Source of the DNA: Chiloscyllium plagiosum
Taxonomy: Eukaryota
Reading direction: 5' to 3'
NCBI RefSeq assembly: GCF_004010195.1
Contig: NC_057718.1
Span: forward strand, 36,192,501-36,256,500
Length of the DNA: 64,000 bases
The notes under the pieces are model-generated. The model was not told the DNA's origin. It saw only the letters and a list, made by a program, of their open reading frames with translations, and did no database searches. The translations under genes were made by a program, and so were the position numbers. Position 1 is the first letter of the stretch. Each line of letters starts with the position of its first letter. Below are positions 48,470 through 61,945 of the stretch, piece after piece.

Positions 48470-51030
48470 ATATTTGAATTTTGCATTCAGTTTGAAGGAG
48501 AGAAGACTTACTTTACATTTAAGTAAGTGGCAATACAGTGGCAGACATTGAAATGGATATTTCAGAATATGTATACAGAATACATGCCAGTGCAAAAGGA
48601 AAATGTTAAAGGCAGGATCCACCATCTGTGGTTAAACAAAAAACAAGTTAAGTATCATAAAAACTTAAAAGAAAAAGTGTATCATCATACAAAAGTGAAT
48701 GGCAGGCCAAAATATTGGACTGAATATTACAAGATGACTAAAAATGAGGGAAATTTCTGAGTGTGAAAGAAAACTAGCTAAGCAGGGAAAAATAGAAAGT
48801 AAATGTTTCTTTAGATATTTTAAAAGAAAAGAGTTAACAAAGTAATTGTTGGTCCCAATGAAAGTGAGCAGGTCAGGCAACATCCAAGGAACAGGAGAAT
48901 CGACGTTTCGGGCATAAGCCCTTCTTCAGGAATGAGGAAAGTGTGTCCAGCAGGCTAAGATAAAAGGTAGGGAGGAGGGACTTGGGGGAGGGGCGTTGGA
49001 AATGCGATAGGTGGAGGGAGGTCAAGGTGAGGGTGATAAGGTCAGAGTGGGGTGGGGGNNNNNNNNNNNNNNNNNNNNNNNNNNNNNNNNNNNNNNNNNN
49101 NNNNNNNNNNNNNNNNNNNNNNNNNNNNNNNNNNNNNNNNNNNNNNNNNNNNNNNNNNNNNNNNNNNNNNNNNNNNNNNNNNNNNNNNNNNNNNNNNNNN
49201 NNNNNNNNNNNNNNNNNNNNNNNNNNNNNNNNNNNNNNNNNNNNNNNNNNNNNNNNNNNNNNNNNNNNNNNNNNNNNNNNNNNNNNNNNNNNATGGTCTG
49301 GCGATGGAGGAGTCCGAGGACCTGCATGTCCTTGGTGGAGTGGGAGGGGGAGTTAAAGTGTTGGGCTACGGGGTGGTTGGGTTGGTTGGTCCGGGTGTCC
49401 CAGAGGTGTTCTCTGAAACGTTCCGCAAGTAGGCGGCCTGTCTCCCAAATATAGAGGAGGCCACATCGGGTGCAGCGGATGCAATAGATGATGTGTGTGG
49501 AGGTGCAGGTGAATTTGTGGCGGATATGGAAGTGTCCTTTGGGGCCTTGGAGGGAAGTAAGGGGGGAGGTTTGGCGCAAGTTTTGCATTTCTTGCGGTTG
49601 CAGGGGAAGGTGCCGGGAGTGGAGGTTGGGTTGGTGGGGTGTGTGGACCTGACGAGGGAGTCTTTCTGGATGGTCTGGGAGATGATGGTTTGGTGGTGGG
49701 AGGTGGGGTCCAACCGCCACCAGGACAGAACCCCACTGGTCCGTGTGGACCTGACGAGGGAGTCACGGAGGGAGTGGTCTTTTTTGAACGCTGATAGGGG
49801 AGGGGAGGGAAATATATCCCTGGTGGTCGGGTCCGTTTGGAGGTTGCGGAAATGACGGCGGATGATACGTTGTACATGGAGGTTGGTGGGGTGGTAGGTG
49901 AGGACCAGTGGGGTTCTGTCCTGGTGGCAGTTGGACCCCACCTCCCACCACCAAACCATCATCTCCCAGACCATCCAGAAAGACTCCCTCGTCAGGTCCA
50001 CACACCCCACCAACCCAACGTCCACTCCCGGCACCTTCCCCTGCAACCGCAAGAAATGCAAAACTTGTGCCCACACCTCCCCCCTTATTTCCCTCCAAGG
50101 CCCCAAGGGACACTTCCATATCCACCATAAATTCACCTGCACCTCCACACACATCATCTATTGCCTCCGCTGCACCCGATGTGGCCTCCTCTATATTAGG
50201 GAGACAGGCCGCCTACTTGCGGAATGTTTCAGAGAACACCTCTGGGACACCCAGACCAACCAACCCAAACACCCCGTAGCCCAACACTTTAACTCCCCCT
50301 CCCACTCCACCAAGGACATGCAGGTCCTTGGACTNNNNNNNNNNNNNNNNNNNNNNNNNNNNNNNNNNNNNNNNNTTTCCAGCAACACATTTTCAGCTCT
50401 GATCTCCAGCATCTGCAGTCCTCACTTTCTCCCCAATGAAAGTGAGTCTGGCAATTAACAGTTGAAAATGAAGAAATATCAGATAATTTGAACAGGAATT
50501 TTGCATTGACCTTCACTGTAGAGGATGCAAGAAATATTCCAGATGGGAGTCAAGAAGTAGAAAGGAATGAGAAACTCAGAAAATGAACATTATAGCCATC
50601 GGGGAAGTGGCACGAAGCAACTTGTGGGAGCTGCAGGCTGCACAGATCGAATATACTTTGGGGAAGTACAAAGTTATTTACTTTGATACAATGTATAGAA
50701 AACTGGAATACTCTTAAAAGGCTTACAACTTGTAAATGTTTATGTTCATAAAAACTTGTGTGGACTTGTTAGAAGGAACACTAAATGTTGGTCTGCAGAT
50801 ACAGCAATTAATTAGGAAGGAAAATGATATGTTGGTCTTTATTGCAAGAAGATTGGAGTAGAGGAATAAAAAGTCTGGTCATGATAAGGCGTTAATGAAA
50901 CCATATTTGGAATATTATGTGCAGCTTTCATCTCCATATTTAAACATTTACATTTAAGGATATCCTTGCTTTTGTGCCAATGCATGAAGCTTCACTAGAT
51001 TGTCCCCGCTATGATGTGATTCTCCTATTT
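48470..51030 (+). mobile_element. Old CR1 split by the palindromic PLE
   Basis: Sequence rejoins across the TSD; KPYLEYYVQ-like motif near 50900. Confidence 0.7.
48869..50431. mobile_element. Large inverted (palindromic) Penelope-like insertion
   Basis: GIY-YIG ORF on both strands; 15-bp TSD CCCAATGAAAGTGAG at 48854-48868 and 50432-50446; hammerhead core on minus strand at 48929-48902. Confidence 0.9.
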
Positions 51031-52334
51031 TCTTCACATCCTCATCCATCTGTCACCTTGTTTCCCACTCATCTATAACAAAGTGTATATGTCTATGCAT
51101 CCTTCTTTGTGCCCTCTCCACAGCTTGCATTCCTGCATCATTAACAAAGTGAGTTGCATTACTCACTTTTCCTTTTGTCTAACTCAGAGATCTGTCACCT
51201 GTGGCTGCACAGCTCACCGCTGCTCTTTAATATCTCATTTGCACCTCACAAAATTTTGGAGTTCAATCACATTAACATGAAAAATACCTAAAAATGGCTG
51301 TGTCTATTGTCATCACATGTATGCACTGCTGGAATTTGCTCATGTGCATGGAAGAAAGTTAGGTTTTAAACCTGGTATTTAAGTTTAAACAAACCTCCCT
51401 TCCTCACTCCTCCCTCTCCATCCTCACTCTGTCTTCTCACATTCTCATACTCACACTTCCTCCTCTCATCCTAATGCCCCTTTCCTCCATCCTTACTCCA
51501 CTCCTCCCCCATCACTACTACCCCCTTCCACTGTCTTCATTTCCCTCACCATTATCCTTCTCCATTCCTGTCCTGTCTCTCCTCTTTCCCCAATCTTCAC
51601 TCCTCTCTCATTCCCTCGTTCCTTTCACTGATGTTTCAATAATGAGTTAGGTTTCCATACGTGGGCAGTTCCTTTGGCCATAACAATATCAGAATTTAAC
51701 GTGGTGATGTAACATTTCCAGAATTGACTGCACACGTGACGTTGGGTGGCAGCAGACACTGGCTAAAAGGAAAAACTGAGTAAATTGTGTCTATATTCTC
51801 TAAAATGTCGAAGAATGACAGGTGATCTCAACTTGGATTCTTTGCTGTATCCACACATGGAAAGTAAGATGGTGTGAGACTGAAGAAGTGCAGATCAGCT
51901 TTCCTCAAACAACAAGAACAGATTATTTGGCTATTTTCATATTGCCGTGGAACCTTACTGTGCTCAAATAGGTTGCCACAATTCTGACACCACAGTAGTG
52001 ATTGCAATTTAAACATATTGCATAGGCTTTCAGTGGTAGAGGAGCAGTAATTAGGGAGTCTTAACAAGAAGATGCTCTTAATCTAAGTTTATTCCATGCT
52101 AGCAACAAGTTGCATTAGCTAGTTCGACACTGTTACTAAAGACTATTGGAAGACATGAATGGGCCATCTTTCCCTTCCAAGATCTAGAGGTATTCTTACA
52201 GCTTACTACTTGGCATCGTTAGTTTGATATAATCTCCAGCATGAGTGCTTTCAGAATCATTACCTTATTCAACTTGAACTTATATAACATCCTTCACATA
52301 CTAAGTTTTTGCAAATGAAGAGAAAACTCTCTGT

Positions 52335-53390
52335 TGATTGGAGTCATACCTGGCACATCGGAAGATGGTTTTGTTTGTTAGCAGTCAATCATCTCAGCTC
52401 CCAGATTATCTCTGTGGGAGTTCCTCAGGTAATGTTCTAGGCCTGACCATCTTCAGCTGCGTTGTCAATTATCTTCCCTCCAGCATAAAATCAGAAGTGG
52501 GGATGTTCCCCGATGATTGCACAATGTTCAGCACCACTCATGGCTCTTCAGATACTGAAGCAGTCCATGTTTAAATGCAACAAGATCTGGAGAATATCCA
52601 GGCTTGGTCTGAAAAGTTCCAAGTAACAATTTGCACCACATAAATGCCAGGCAATAACCATCTCCAATGAGAGTCAATCAAACCATCACGTCTTGAGATT
52701 CAATGGCATTACCATCACTGAATTCCCCATTATCAATATCATCTGGGTTACCATTGACTAAAAACTCAACTGGACTCACCTTAAAAACACAATGGTTTTA
52801 AGAGCAGGTCAGAGGCCAGGAATACTGCAGTGAGTAACTCACCTCATTATTCTCCAAAGCCTGTCCACCATCTACAAGGCACAAGTCAACAGTGTGATGG
52901 AAAACTTCCCACTTGCCTGAATGGGTGTGGCTCCAACAACACTCAAGAAGCTTGACACCATCCATCACAAAGCAGCCCACTTGATTGGTGCCACATCTAC
53001 CACCACGACTGATGCTCAGTAACAGCAGTGAGCAATATCTACAACATGCACTTCAGGAATTTAACAACGCTCTTGAGACAGCACCTTCTAAACTCACAAC
53101 CACTTCATTCTAGAAGAACAAGGGCAACAGATACATGGGACCACCACCACCTAGAAGGTTCTCTCAAAGCCACTCACCATCCTGACTCAGAAATATATTG
53201 CCATTCCTTCATTGTTGCTGGTTCAAATTCCTGGAATTCCCTCCTTAGTGGAATTGTGGGTCTACTTACAGCATACAAACCTCAGTGGTTTAATAAGACA
53301 GCTCACCATCACCTTCTCAAGGGCAACCAGAGCTGGGCAATAAAAACTGGCACAGTCAACAACGCCCATGTTGGATGACTAAACAAATAC
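52335..53390 (+). mobile_element. CR1-clade LINE RT C-terminal relic (distinct family)
   Basis: GVPQG.VLG.TIFSC..N.LPS.I.SEVGMFPDDCTMF (FADD-type motif). Confidence 0.8.
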
Positions 53391-56300
53391 AATGTATCAA
53401 AGAAAATTTGACATGAATCACAAAAAGAAACATCAGGACAAAAACTTAGATTTTAAAGGACATGTTACGTGTTAGAAAAGAGTTTGAGAAACAATGAACT
53501 AAAGATAAATAATTGCAGAAATTAGAGTGTAGGTAGCTGAAGGTGTGGTTGCCAATTGTTGCCAAAAGAAATTGGGGACGAACAAATGGAAAGGCAGAAA
53601 AACCTCAGAGGATTGGAGGGCTGAAGGTGATTACAGGGACTGGAATTTTAACTTCAGGAAATTGCTGGTCTAAAGGTTAATATGGGTCAGAGAGGCCAGA
53701 AACACAGACAAGTTAAAATATTGGCATTGGGAGATTTTGTCAATGATGCCTCTCTGTATCGCTCTGAATTTCACCTGCGTGTAATTGGTTGCTCCCCACG
53801 CACAAATCCAAATCTGAAATGGAATTATATGTCCTCCATTGAGGTTACATTGTATGCAAAAGGCAACCTTCACTTGAACTAAGTGTTACACCACTTAATA
53901 ACTACTGAGAGGTAAATTACAGCTGCATTGGAAAAGCTACCTAATTTGCTTGGTGTTGTGATTTAAAGGGAGGTTAATAAGTCGCCAACATAGTTTGATC
54001 TGACACAAAGCCAGTTTCACCACATGTGATGTACTTACTTTTTGTTTTAGCAATCTTTAAACTTGCTAAATTCCTCAAACCCCCAAAGAGCAGCTTCTGC
54101 ATGATGGCATATCGAAGAATAGTAACAATATTCCATTCCAAAGGGACTTTCTATTTGAGCTCCTAATTGCATCCCTGGAAGTAGTTTATAGGCCCATAGA
54201 AGCTGACATCTCTATTTTCTCTAAGAAATAGCAAATGCTCTTTCTGCCAGAATGAATAAAGTGTCACTGAAATTCCAATGATATCTGAAACACAAGAACG
54301 TGATTCCATAGGTAGCAAGGGAGAAATTCAGACAGTCATGATGAAACTGCCGTAATAATCCTTTAATGTTGCTCAGCAGCTAATGAGAGACTGAAACATA
54401 AAAAGTCAAAATGTGTTAATGCAGGTACAGAGTGCCCAGCTGTTCTAGAATGCAGCTCAATGAAGTACGTCACATTTATTCTTAGCGATAAGTGAGAATG
54501 AGTTCTACCACTATAATGTGTACTTGTGTAGCACCTGTAATGTCGCAGAACAGCCTGGTGTGTTTCACAGGTGTTATTATCAAACACAATTTGTCACCAT
54601 GTCACGTTATAATGAGATATTGGGCTAGGTAAAGCTTGGTTGAAAATGTAAATCTTAAAGATTGCCTTAAACGAGGATAGGTAGTAAGGCAGGCATATTT
54701 GGGAAAGAAATTACATGAGTTTAGGGGTTAGGAAACTGAATACAAGTACTGAATAAATCATTGGTGGGGTAAAGGAAGTTGAGCATGCACAAGAAGACTT
54801 AGAGAAACACAAACTTTGTAAATACTGATGCCTCAAACATCCAGCTGTCGTAAATCTAATATGAATTTACACTGTCATATTTCTGCCAGTATTCTAACCT
54901 AATTTCAGCTTGTATCTCTGAGGAACAGAAAAAGTGCTGCAAATATGTTTTAACTTATGATGTTATCAAATATCAATGGAGTAGACTCCATGCATGAAAC
55001 TGGCAGGAAGCAGATGGAATGTGTGCTCTTTACTGCCAGTGAGGAGGACTGAGCCACATTACCATGCTGATGGCAGACTTCTCACTCCATTGGGCACTCG
55101 GCTATAGCTTCCCATGTCTGGGATAGTGCAGTTTTTAGCAGACTAGAGGATAAACAGGCTGGTAAATCTGGAGGGAGGCAGAATAAACCTGCACGTTTAA
55201 ACCCACAAAAATAACAGATTTTATCATCACAGGCCTTTAATGCTTCAGCATCCAGTGCATGTTTTATTCAGCTGTCCCTCAAGATTGCATTAGGGGAATA
55301 TGTAAGCCATAAAACCATGATTTTCACACTATATTGAAATTCCCAATATATGTAGGTGCTTAGGCTGCCCAGCCTTGTTCTTGGGAAATATAACAGTGCT
55401 TGGAATCCAAACAGAAATGGGGACAGGGACATGCAACATTTGGGTCACTGAAAGTTTCCTTCTGTGTTTGCATAACTAATTAAATTACACCATACCTTAG
55501 GGAACTAAATTTCATTAAGATGCCGTACTCCCAATTTCAAATAAGAATGTGAAGTGCCTGATGTGAAGCACATATAATATTTCTGGAGGAGTGATCTATG
55601 TGCTGAATTAGCATTGACTATCTGCTGTTTGACCCAAATATTATGTATTCTCTGAAATTTTATTGCTCAGCTGTATTTCAAAGCATACTCATCATTAGAC
55701 TTCAACATGGATTATGACTGCAGTGTATAATGACTTTATGTTAATGCCCGGTTCCTATTACAAAGTTTAATTTACAAATTATAAAAAGAGAGCAACATAT
55801 AATCACTGATGTATCTGCTGTCCCTCAGTAATGCATATGGCATATTAGGCCTGAAATTCCTCTCACAAAGAGATCCTGTGCTCTGGCTGCCAGTCAGAAG
55901 TATGCATGATCTTAGTGGCCTGCTGGATCTGCTCCCTCCTGTTATCAACCATCTCTGGAAAGTCTGGCACTTGGCATGACCATGGATTACAACCCTGGAT
56001 CACCTACACACATACCAAACTTTATTTATAATCTGTATTTTTCTTAAAAGAAGACATACAAGCAAAAGATGACAACAATATAAACTCAGTGGCTGTCTGG
56101 ATAAAGAAACCCTAAATATTATGCTTGATGAGGTTTCAAAGAAGCTTCAAAAGGCTGGACTTACAAGGGAGAACCCAAACTCCAATCTTCTAGATTATTC
56201 CTGTGAATATGATGGGAGAAAATACAGCAGTCTGGGCATGAAACATGACTTTTGTCTTCTTTATTCCAGACTACAGAACAACTTTCAAAAGTCAGTTTAA

Positions 56301-57429
56301 CCCTGGTCTGTGTGTACTAGTGGAAGGAAGAATGCTGGCAAGCTGAGGTACTCATGAGTACTAATATGGGTTTGTGCATTAGTGTGCTGTGAAGATCGCA
56401 CTTGAACAATCATACCCTGTCTTGCAGATAAGTCACTACCTGCAACTATCTTCACTATTTTAAAGCCAGATAGCTAGTAAGCCAGTCAAAAGGACCAGGA
56501 TAAAAGATTTTCATTCAACATGCAAAGCTAAGGATCTCAAAATTGACTATTCACTTATCAATGTTCCAATAACTGCTCTTCATGAATGACCCAGAGACTG
56601 ATTCATACATTTATTAACTTGCAGAAGTTTTTGGATGCACTTCTCGTTTCTAATCTATTTGTATATGTGTTGCATTATTTAATTTTGCATTTATTAATTA
56701 ATGAACTCCTTATTTTGTTAACCCAAGAAAATCTATTTAAATTGGCTTCTTGAAGGTATCCATAAGGGAGGGATAACCTTCTTGTGACCAACCATGAAAT
56801 GAAGAAGGGAGCCAGCTCAATCCCTCCTCACTTGGGAGGTGATGTTTGGGGTATCTCATCTGGAGTAAGCCTGAACAATTTCTTTTTCACACCCATTGGA
56901 ATTGCACTGACTCTATGATGCAAAGTTCAGAAAAAGAAAACCTGCTTGTCCCACATGGTTTCCAATTCACCACCACGTGGTAGCATAAGGATTGACGTTA
57001 TTAATTATGATAGGTCGGATCAGCCACGTCGGGATAGTATTTCCTGCATCAGATCTTGTTTTACTTGTTGTATGTGGCTTGAATATTATTAGTAATACAA
57101 AATACTTGTAACAGAAAAAAGCTAGATCACGCTGAGTGAATGGTGATCAGGTTTTGATTTGTTTCTCTCAGGCTGAGAGGTCTACATTACTTGTCTAGAT
57201 GCTATTGAATTCACTCTTTTTCAGCCTGCAGTGATTCAATTGCTGCTTGTCTTTCCAATGGGAATTTAATCATGGTGTAGAAGGTAATATAATCAACAAG
57301 AAAGAAAGAAAGAGCTCTGATAAATACAAGGAACTGAGTTCAGTCAGTGCACCATTTTTCCAGAGAAACCATTGTATTGGTACCTTCTCAGAAAATTGAC
57401 ATATTTAGTAGAATGTTGTTTTTTTTAGG

Positions 57430-58420
57430 GTGGTGATCCCCTGGCTCAGTGTGGTGACTTCTAGGCGCGATGTGGCAATCTCCCGCCTGGTGTGGCAATC
57501 TCCTGGCCCGGTGTGGCGATTTCCCAAGTGTGATGTGGCAATCTCCCGTTCTGGTGTGGGGACTTCCCGGCCCAGTGTGACGATCTCCCAGCCTGGTGTG
57601 ATAATCTCCCGGCCTGGTGTGGGGACTTCTCGGCCCAGTGTGATGATCTCCCAGCCTGGTGTGATAATCTCCCATTCTGGTGTGGGGACTTCCCGGCCCG
57701 GTGTGGTGATCTCCCAGCCCGGTGTGGTCTCCCGGCCTGGTGTGGGGACTTCTCGGCCCAGTGTGACGATCTCCCAGCCTGGTGTGATAATCTCCCGGCC
57801 TGGTGTGGGGACTTCTCGGCCCGGTGCGGTGATCTCCTGGCCTGGTGTGGTGATATTCTGGCCCAGTGTGTGGGGACTTCTCGGCCTGGTGTGGGGATCT
57901 CACGACCCGGTGTGGCAATCTCCCGGCCCGACATGGTGATCCCCCGGCCTGGTGTGGGGACTTCTCAGTTAGCTTGGTGATCCCTCGGCCCGGTGTGGTG
58001 ATCCCCTGACCTGGTGTGGTGACCTCTTGGTTTGTGTAGTGAACTCTCGGTTTGTGTAGTGACCTCTCAGCCCAGCGTGGTGACCTCTTGGCTTGGCATG
58101 GTGAACTCTTGGCCCGGCATGATGATCTCCTGGCCTGGCGTGGTGACCCCTCAGCCCGGCGTGGTAACCTCTCGGCCGGCGTGGTGACCCCTTGACTTGG
58201 CATGGTGATCCCCTGTCCCGGAGTGGTGACCTCTTGGCCCGGCATGGTGATCCCCAGCCTGTCGTAGTGATCCGCCAACCCGGCGCAGAAACCCCTCAGC
58301 CTGGCGTGACAACCTCTCAGTCCAGCATGGTAATTTCCCGGCCTGGCGTGGCAGACTAGCGGCCCAGTGTGATCAGCTCTCAGTGGCCCAGTGTGATTGC
58401 CTCTCGGCCCAGCGTGACCT
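57430..58420. repeat. GC-rich minisatellite, ~21-bp unit
   Basis: Repeating CCCGGCCTGGTGTGGTGATCT variants; CTGGTGTGGGGACTT recurs at 57551, 57614, 57677, 57737, 57800. Confidence 0.92.
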
Positions 58421-59635
58421 CAGCGTGATCTCGAGGTGATTCCTCAAAGTGCAGTTCCACCGTGGCTAAGCACTTAAGAAAGACTGTGATGTTCAAACTT
58501 TCAGCTTCATTTCTTTATTTTCCACTTAAAGCTAAGAAGGTATCATTGAACTATAATCACTGCACTATTTAACTTTTCACTTTGTTTTTTCTTTCTACCT
58601 TGTTCTTAAGGTTCTGTGTCTAGGTACCTGTACCTCAGATAGCTCCTTGTGTAGCGATGTTATACACTTTTCACTGTACTCTTGTACTTTCATACTTTTA
58701 CACTTGGGTACATGACAATAAAATGAAAATCAAAATGCAAGGAATGTATAACATGTTCATTCCACTCATGTGTATTAGGCATGCATCAATGTCACCTGTG
58801 GTTCTTAAAGAGGCACCTCATGGTCAATCCAATCAACCAAAGTATTTTAAAGGTAGAGTTTTCCTTCCAAGCCCAGAAAGTACCTCCAACCCCAACTGAT
58901 CCATGCACAGACTCTACCATCAGGGACATCAGCATTAAGACCCAAGGCCTGCCTTTCAGCTTAGTTTTAGAACCCAGCTGATATCCCAACATATACACTA
59001 CGCAGTGTTAAAATGAAGTCTGATCCCCACACTGGCACCAGCCTCCTGAAAACAACTTTAAGCAGATGGTTTGCCAATGTTATGCCCATTCCTGGCAAAA
59101 TATAAAATCATCTTTATTATCTCCTGAGATGACATTGATAAATCTCTACTGGCATAAGTAAGATGTAATTTACCAGGAAAGCAATAAAACGCTAATATAA
59201 AAATTGACACTTGCCAAAAATTAATTTTGCAGTAGCCAGAGGTGATATATTGAAGCCTGGTGCAATGTCACAGCCAGACGATTAGATCCTTGAAAACTGT
59301 AGTACTGCAAGACAGTTAAGAATACTTAATGATTATAAGAATCCATGCAAGGAAAGTGGTCTCACTTTCATTATCCAAGCTACCTCATGATAGAAGGTGA
59401 AGCCGTCTCCTGTGCGCCTTTACTTTTTACTTCAAAATGATTGCAGCAGCAATTTAAAGGCAACACTGAAATGGCGACTCCAGTTTAGTCTTGCTATTCT
59501 AAATCTGGTTGGAGTAAGAACAGCTAATTAATAATTTAATGAGTTTAATTATTCTGTAGACTGCAATTATCCTTAAAAGGATACAGCTGCAGTTTGTTTA
59601 TTACCATCCAAGTAGAATAGGCTCTCTGACCCGTT

Positions 59636-59696
59636 GGGCCAGTGGCATAGTGGATAACGCATCAGACAGTTGTTGGTTCGAGTCCTCCCTGATTCG
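59636..59696 (+). pseudogene. tRNA-Arg(ACG)-like pseudogene lacking the anticodon loop
   Basis: GGGCCAGTGGCATAGTGGATAACGCATCAGAC...GGTTCGAGTCCT..CTGATTCG resembles vertebrate tRNA-Arg GGGCCAGTGGCGCAATGGATAACGCGTCTGAC...GGTTCGACTCCTGGCTGGCTCG; only 61 nt. Confidence 0.72.
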
Positions 59697-61309
59697 AGTG
59701 CGATGTGCCAGTTTGTCACCGTTGCACATTGACTGTTGTTTGTTTGTTGTTGTTCGGTGATGTCCTCTGCAGCTGCAGGGATTGGATCAATGTGCTTTTG
59801 AATTTGGGTGTATTGCAGCCTAATGTCAGACTGCTTTATAACAGGTTCCGAGGAGCTGTAGGTTTTTTAAAAAAATCGGATCTCCATAAAGATTTTTGAG
59901 AACTATAAAATGAGCGTAAGAGAAGGAATTCCTTTTAGCTCCCTATGTATTGGAAAAATGAGAAAAAGTTGTGCATTACAAAGTGGGCTAGTGTAGTGCT
60001 GCAATAATATTTTACAGTACTCACCGAGCAATCAAGAATTAGGATAAAGAAAAGCTACATCTTTTGCAAAAGAAAATGTCACATTCACTATACCGATGAA
60101 GCGCTCAGGTTGCTAAATTAGCTAGTGAAACAAATATTACCCAAGAATGGAAGACATTTCCAATCTTAATGCCAGGATAATTAATTTTGGCCTTTTATTT
60201 GTTTTTTATTCCTGCCTTGGCACGTAATTTATTCATAGACAAGAATACACATACATATTTAGTTAAATGAGAAACACAGAGTGTAAATTGTGCTGAATTC
60301 TAGACAACTATCCTATCATTGTGACCGGTTGAATTGGTAAGCCTGGGTACAACACTTTGAGGAGAATGGGCCACCTTTTAAATGCCATTGTTCCCTACTC
60401 ATTTAACCGCTACACATTAAGCCCAAGTGATCTTTTAAACCAGAGGCAGGGAAGGGAATTGCTGCCTCAGAATTTCGAAGGATGTGGACCAATATGTCAG
60501 AAAATCTTAATTGCACTGGATGGGTGCATCTCATAGTGAGCACTGTAAACTTGATCTTTTCCATCGCCTTTAGATCAATGACAATTTTAATGCAATAAAA
60601 CATTACAAAGTGTTTCACAGGAACATTATAAAAACAAGTATGGCTCTGAGTTACTAAAGGAGATAATAAATAACCAATGGCTTGATTGAAGAGGTAATTT
60701 TTGGAGGTGTTTTGTGAAGGGGGGAGGCAAATTAAAAAAGCCAGGGACAATAGACAATAGCAGCATAAGCAGGCTGTACGGCCCATCAACCCTTCTCAAT
60801 CATTCAATAAGATCACAGCTGTCCTTTTCGCAATTCTTTTATGGTGTGGACATCGCTAGCAAGGCCAGTATTTCTTGCCCAGTGAGGATTGCCGATGAAC
60901 TGAATGGTTTGCTAGGCCATCTCAGAGTGAAATTAGGAGTCAACCACAATACTCTCGGTCTGAAGTCACACGTAGTCCCGATGGCATATTCCTGTCCTTA
61001 AAGGACATTTGTGAATCAGATCACCGTTTAAAAGAATCACTGATAGTTTTCATGATCACCGTTGCTAAGGCTAGCATTCAATTTCCTGATATTGTTAATT
61101 GAATTTAAATCCCAAAAACTGATACAGTGGGATTTGAACCTGTTTACTGAAAGCATTAGTCTGGCACTTTATGTTCGACAGTGGGCCTCCAGTGCCCTCT
61201 GAAAAGGGAATTCCAAAGACTAATGACTTTTTTTGAGAAGAAATGGCTCCTCATTTTTAGAAGAAAAATAAAAAGGTGAGAGACTCCAGAACCCTTTGGC
61301 CCAGAGGCC

Positions 61310-61945
61310 CTGGTACTTGGGTCACAAAAAGTTCATTTGTAGGTACAACAAATGGTTAGAAAGGCAAATTAGATGTTGAGATTTATTGAAGTATGAAGTT
61401 AAAAATATTTTACTTCATCTGTGTAAGATCTTATGAAGCCACATCTGGAGTATTGTTTACAGTTTTAATCTCCTTATTTAACAATGGATATAATTATTTT
61501 AGAATCAGTACTGGGAACATTCACTCAACTGATTATTGGGATGAAGGGTTTACCTTATAAGAAAACGTTGAGCAGGTTGGTCCGAATCGCAATAGAACTT
61601 AGAAGAATGAGAGTTGATCTTATTAACATTCATTAGATCCTGAGTGGACTTAACAGAATGGATAATTAGGTAAAACCAATGACTGCAGATGCTGGAAACC
61701 AGATTCTGGATTAGTGGTGCTGGAAGAGCACAGCAGTTCAGGCAGCAAAACCCGAAACGTCGATTTTACTGCTCCTCAGATGCTGCCTGAACTGCTGTGC
61801 TCTTCCAGCACCACTAATCCAGAATGGATAATTGGCATGTGTGGGAATGTAGAACTGGGGGACACAGTTTAAAAGTTAAGGCTCTTATATTTATAACTGA
61901 GATGAGCAGAGATCTTTTCTCTCAGATGGTCATTAGTCTTGAGAA
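61310..61945 (+). mobile_element. Old CR1 3' fragment
   Basis: KPHLEYCLQF-like motif; interrupted by PLE at 61668. Confidence 0.75.
61668..61825. mobile_element. Fold-back Penelope-like insertion inside CR1
   Basis: Inverted arms; 14-bp TSD CAGAATGGATAATT at 61654-61667 and 61820-61833. Confidence 0.88.

Noticed and set aside
56780..56870. Second ERV/LTR with Pro-like PBS (TGGGGTATCTCATCTGGAG)
   Set aside because: Too degenerate; no partner LTR, TSD or coding region found.
57388..58278. 296-aa and overlapping His/Pro/Arg-rich ORFs
   Set aside because: By-product of a stop-poor 21-bp tandem repeat; open in several frames on both strands.
57430..58420. CRISPR-like array
   Set aside because: No unique spacers; eukaryotic tandem repeat.
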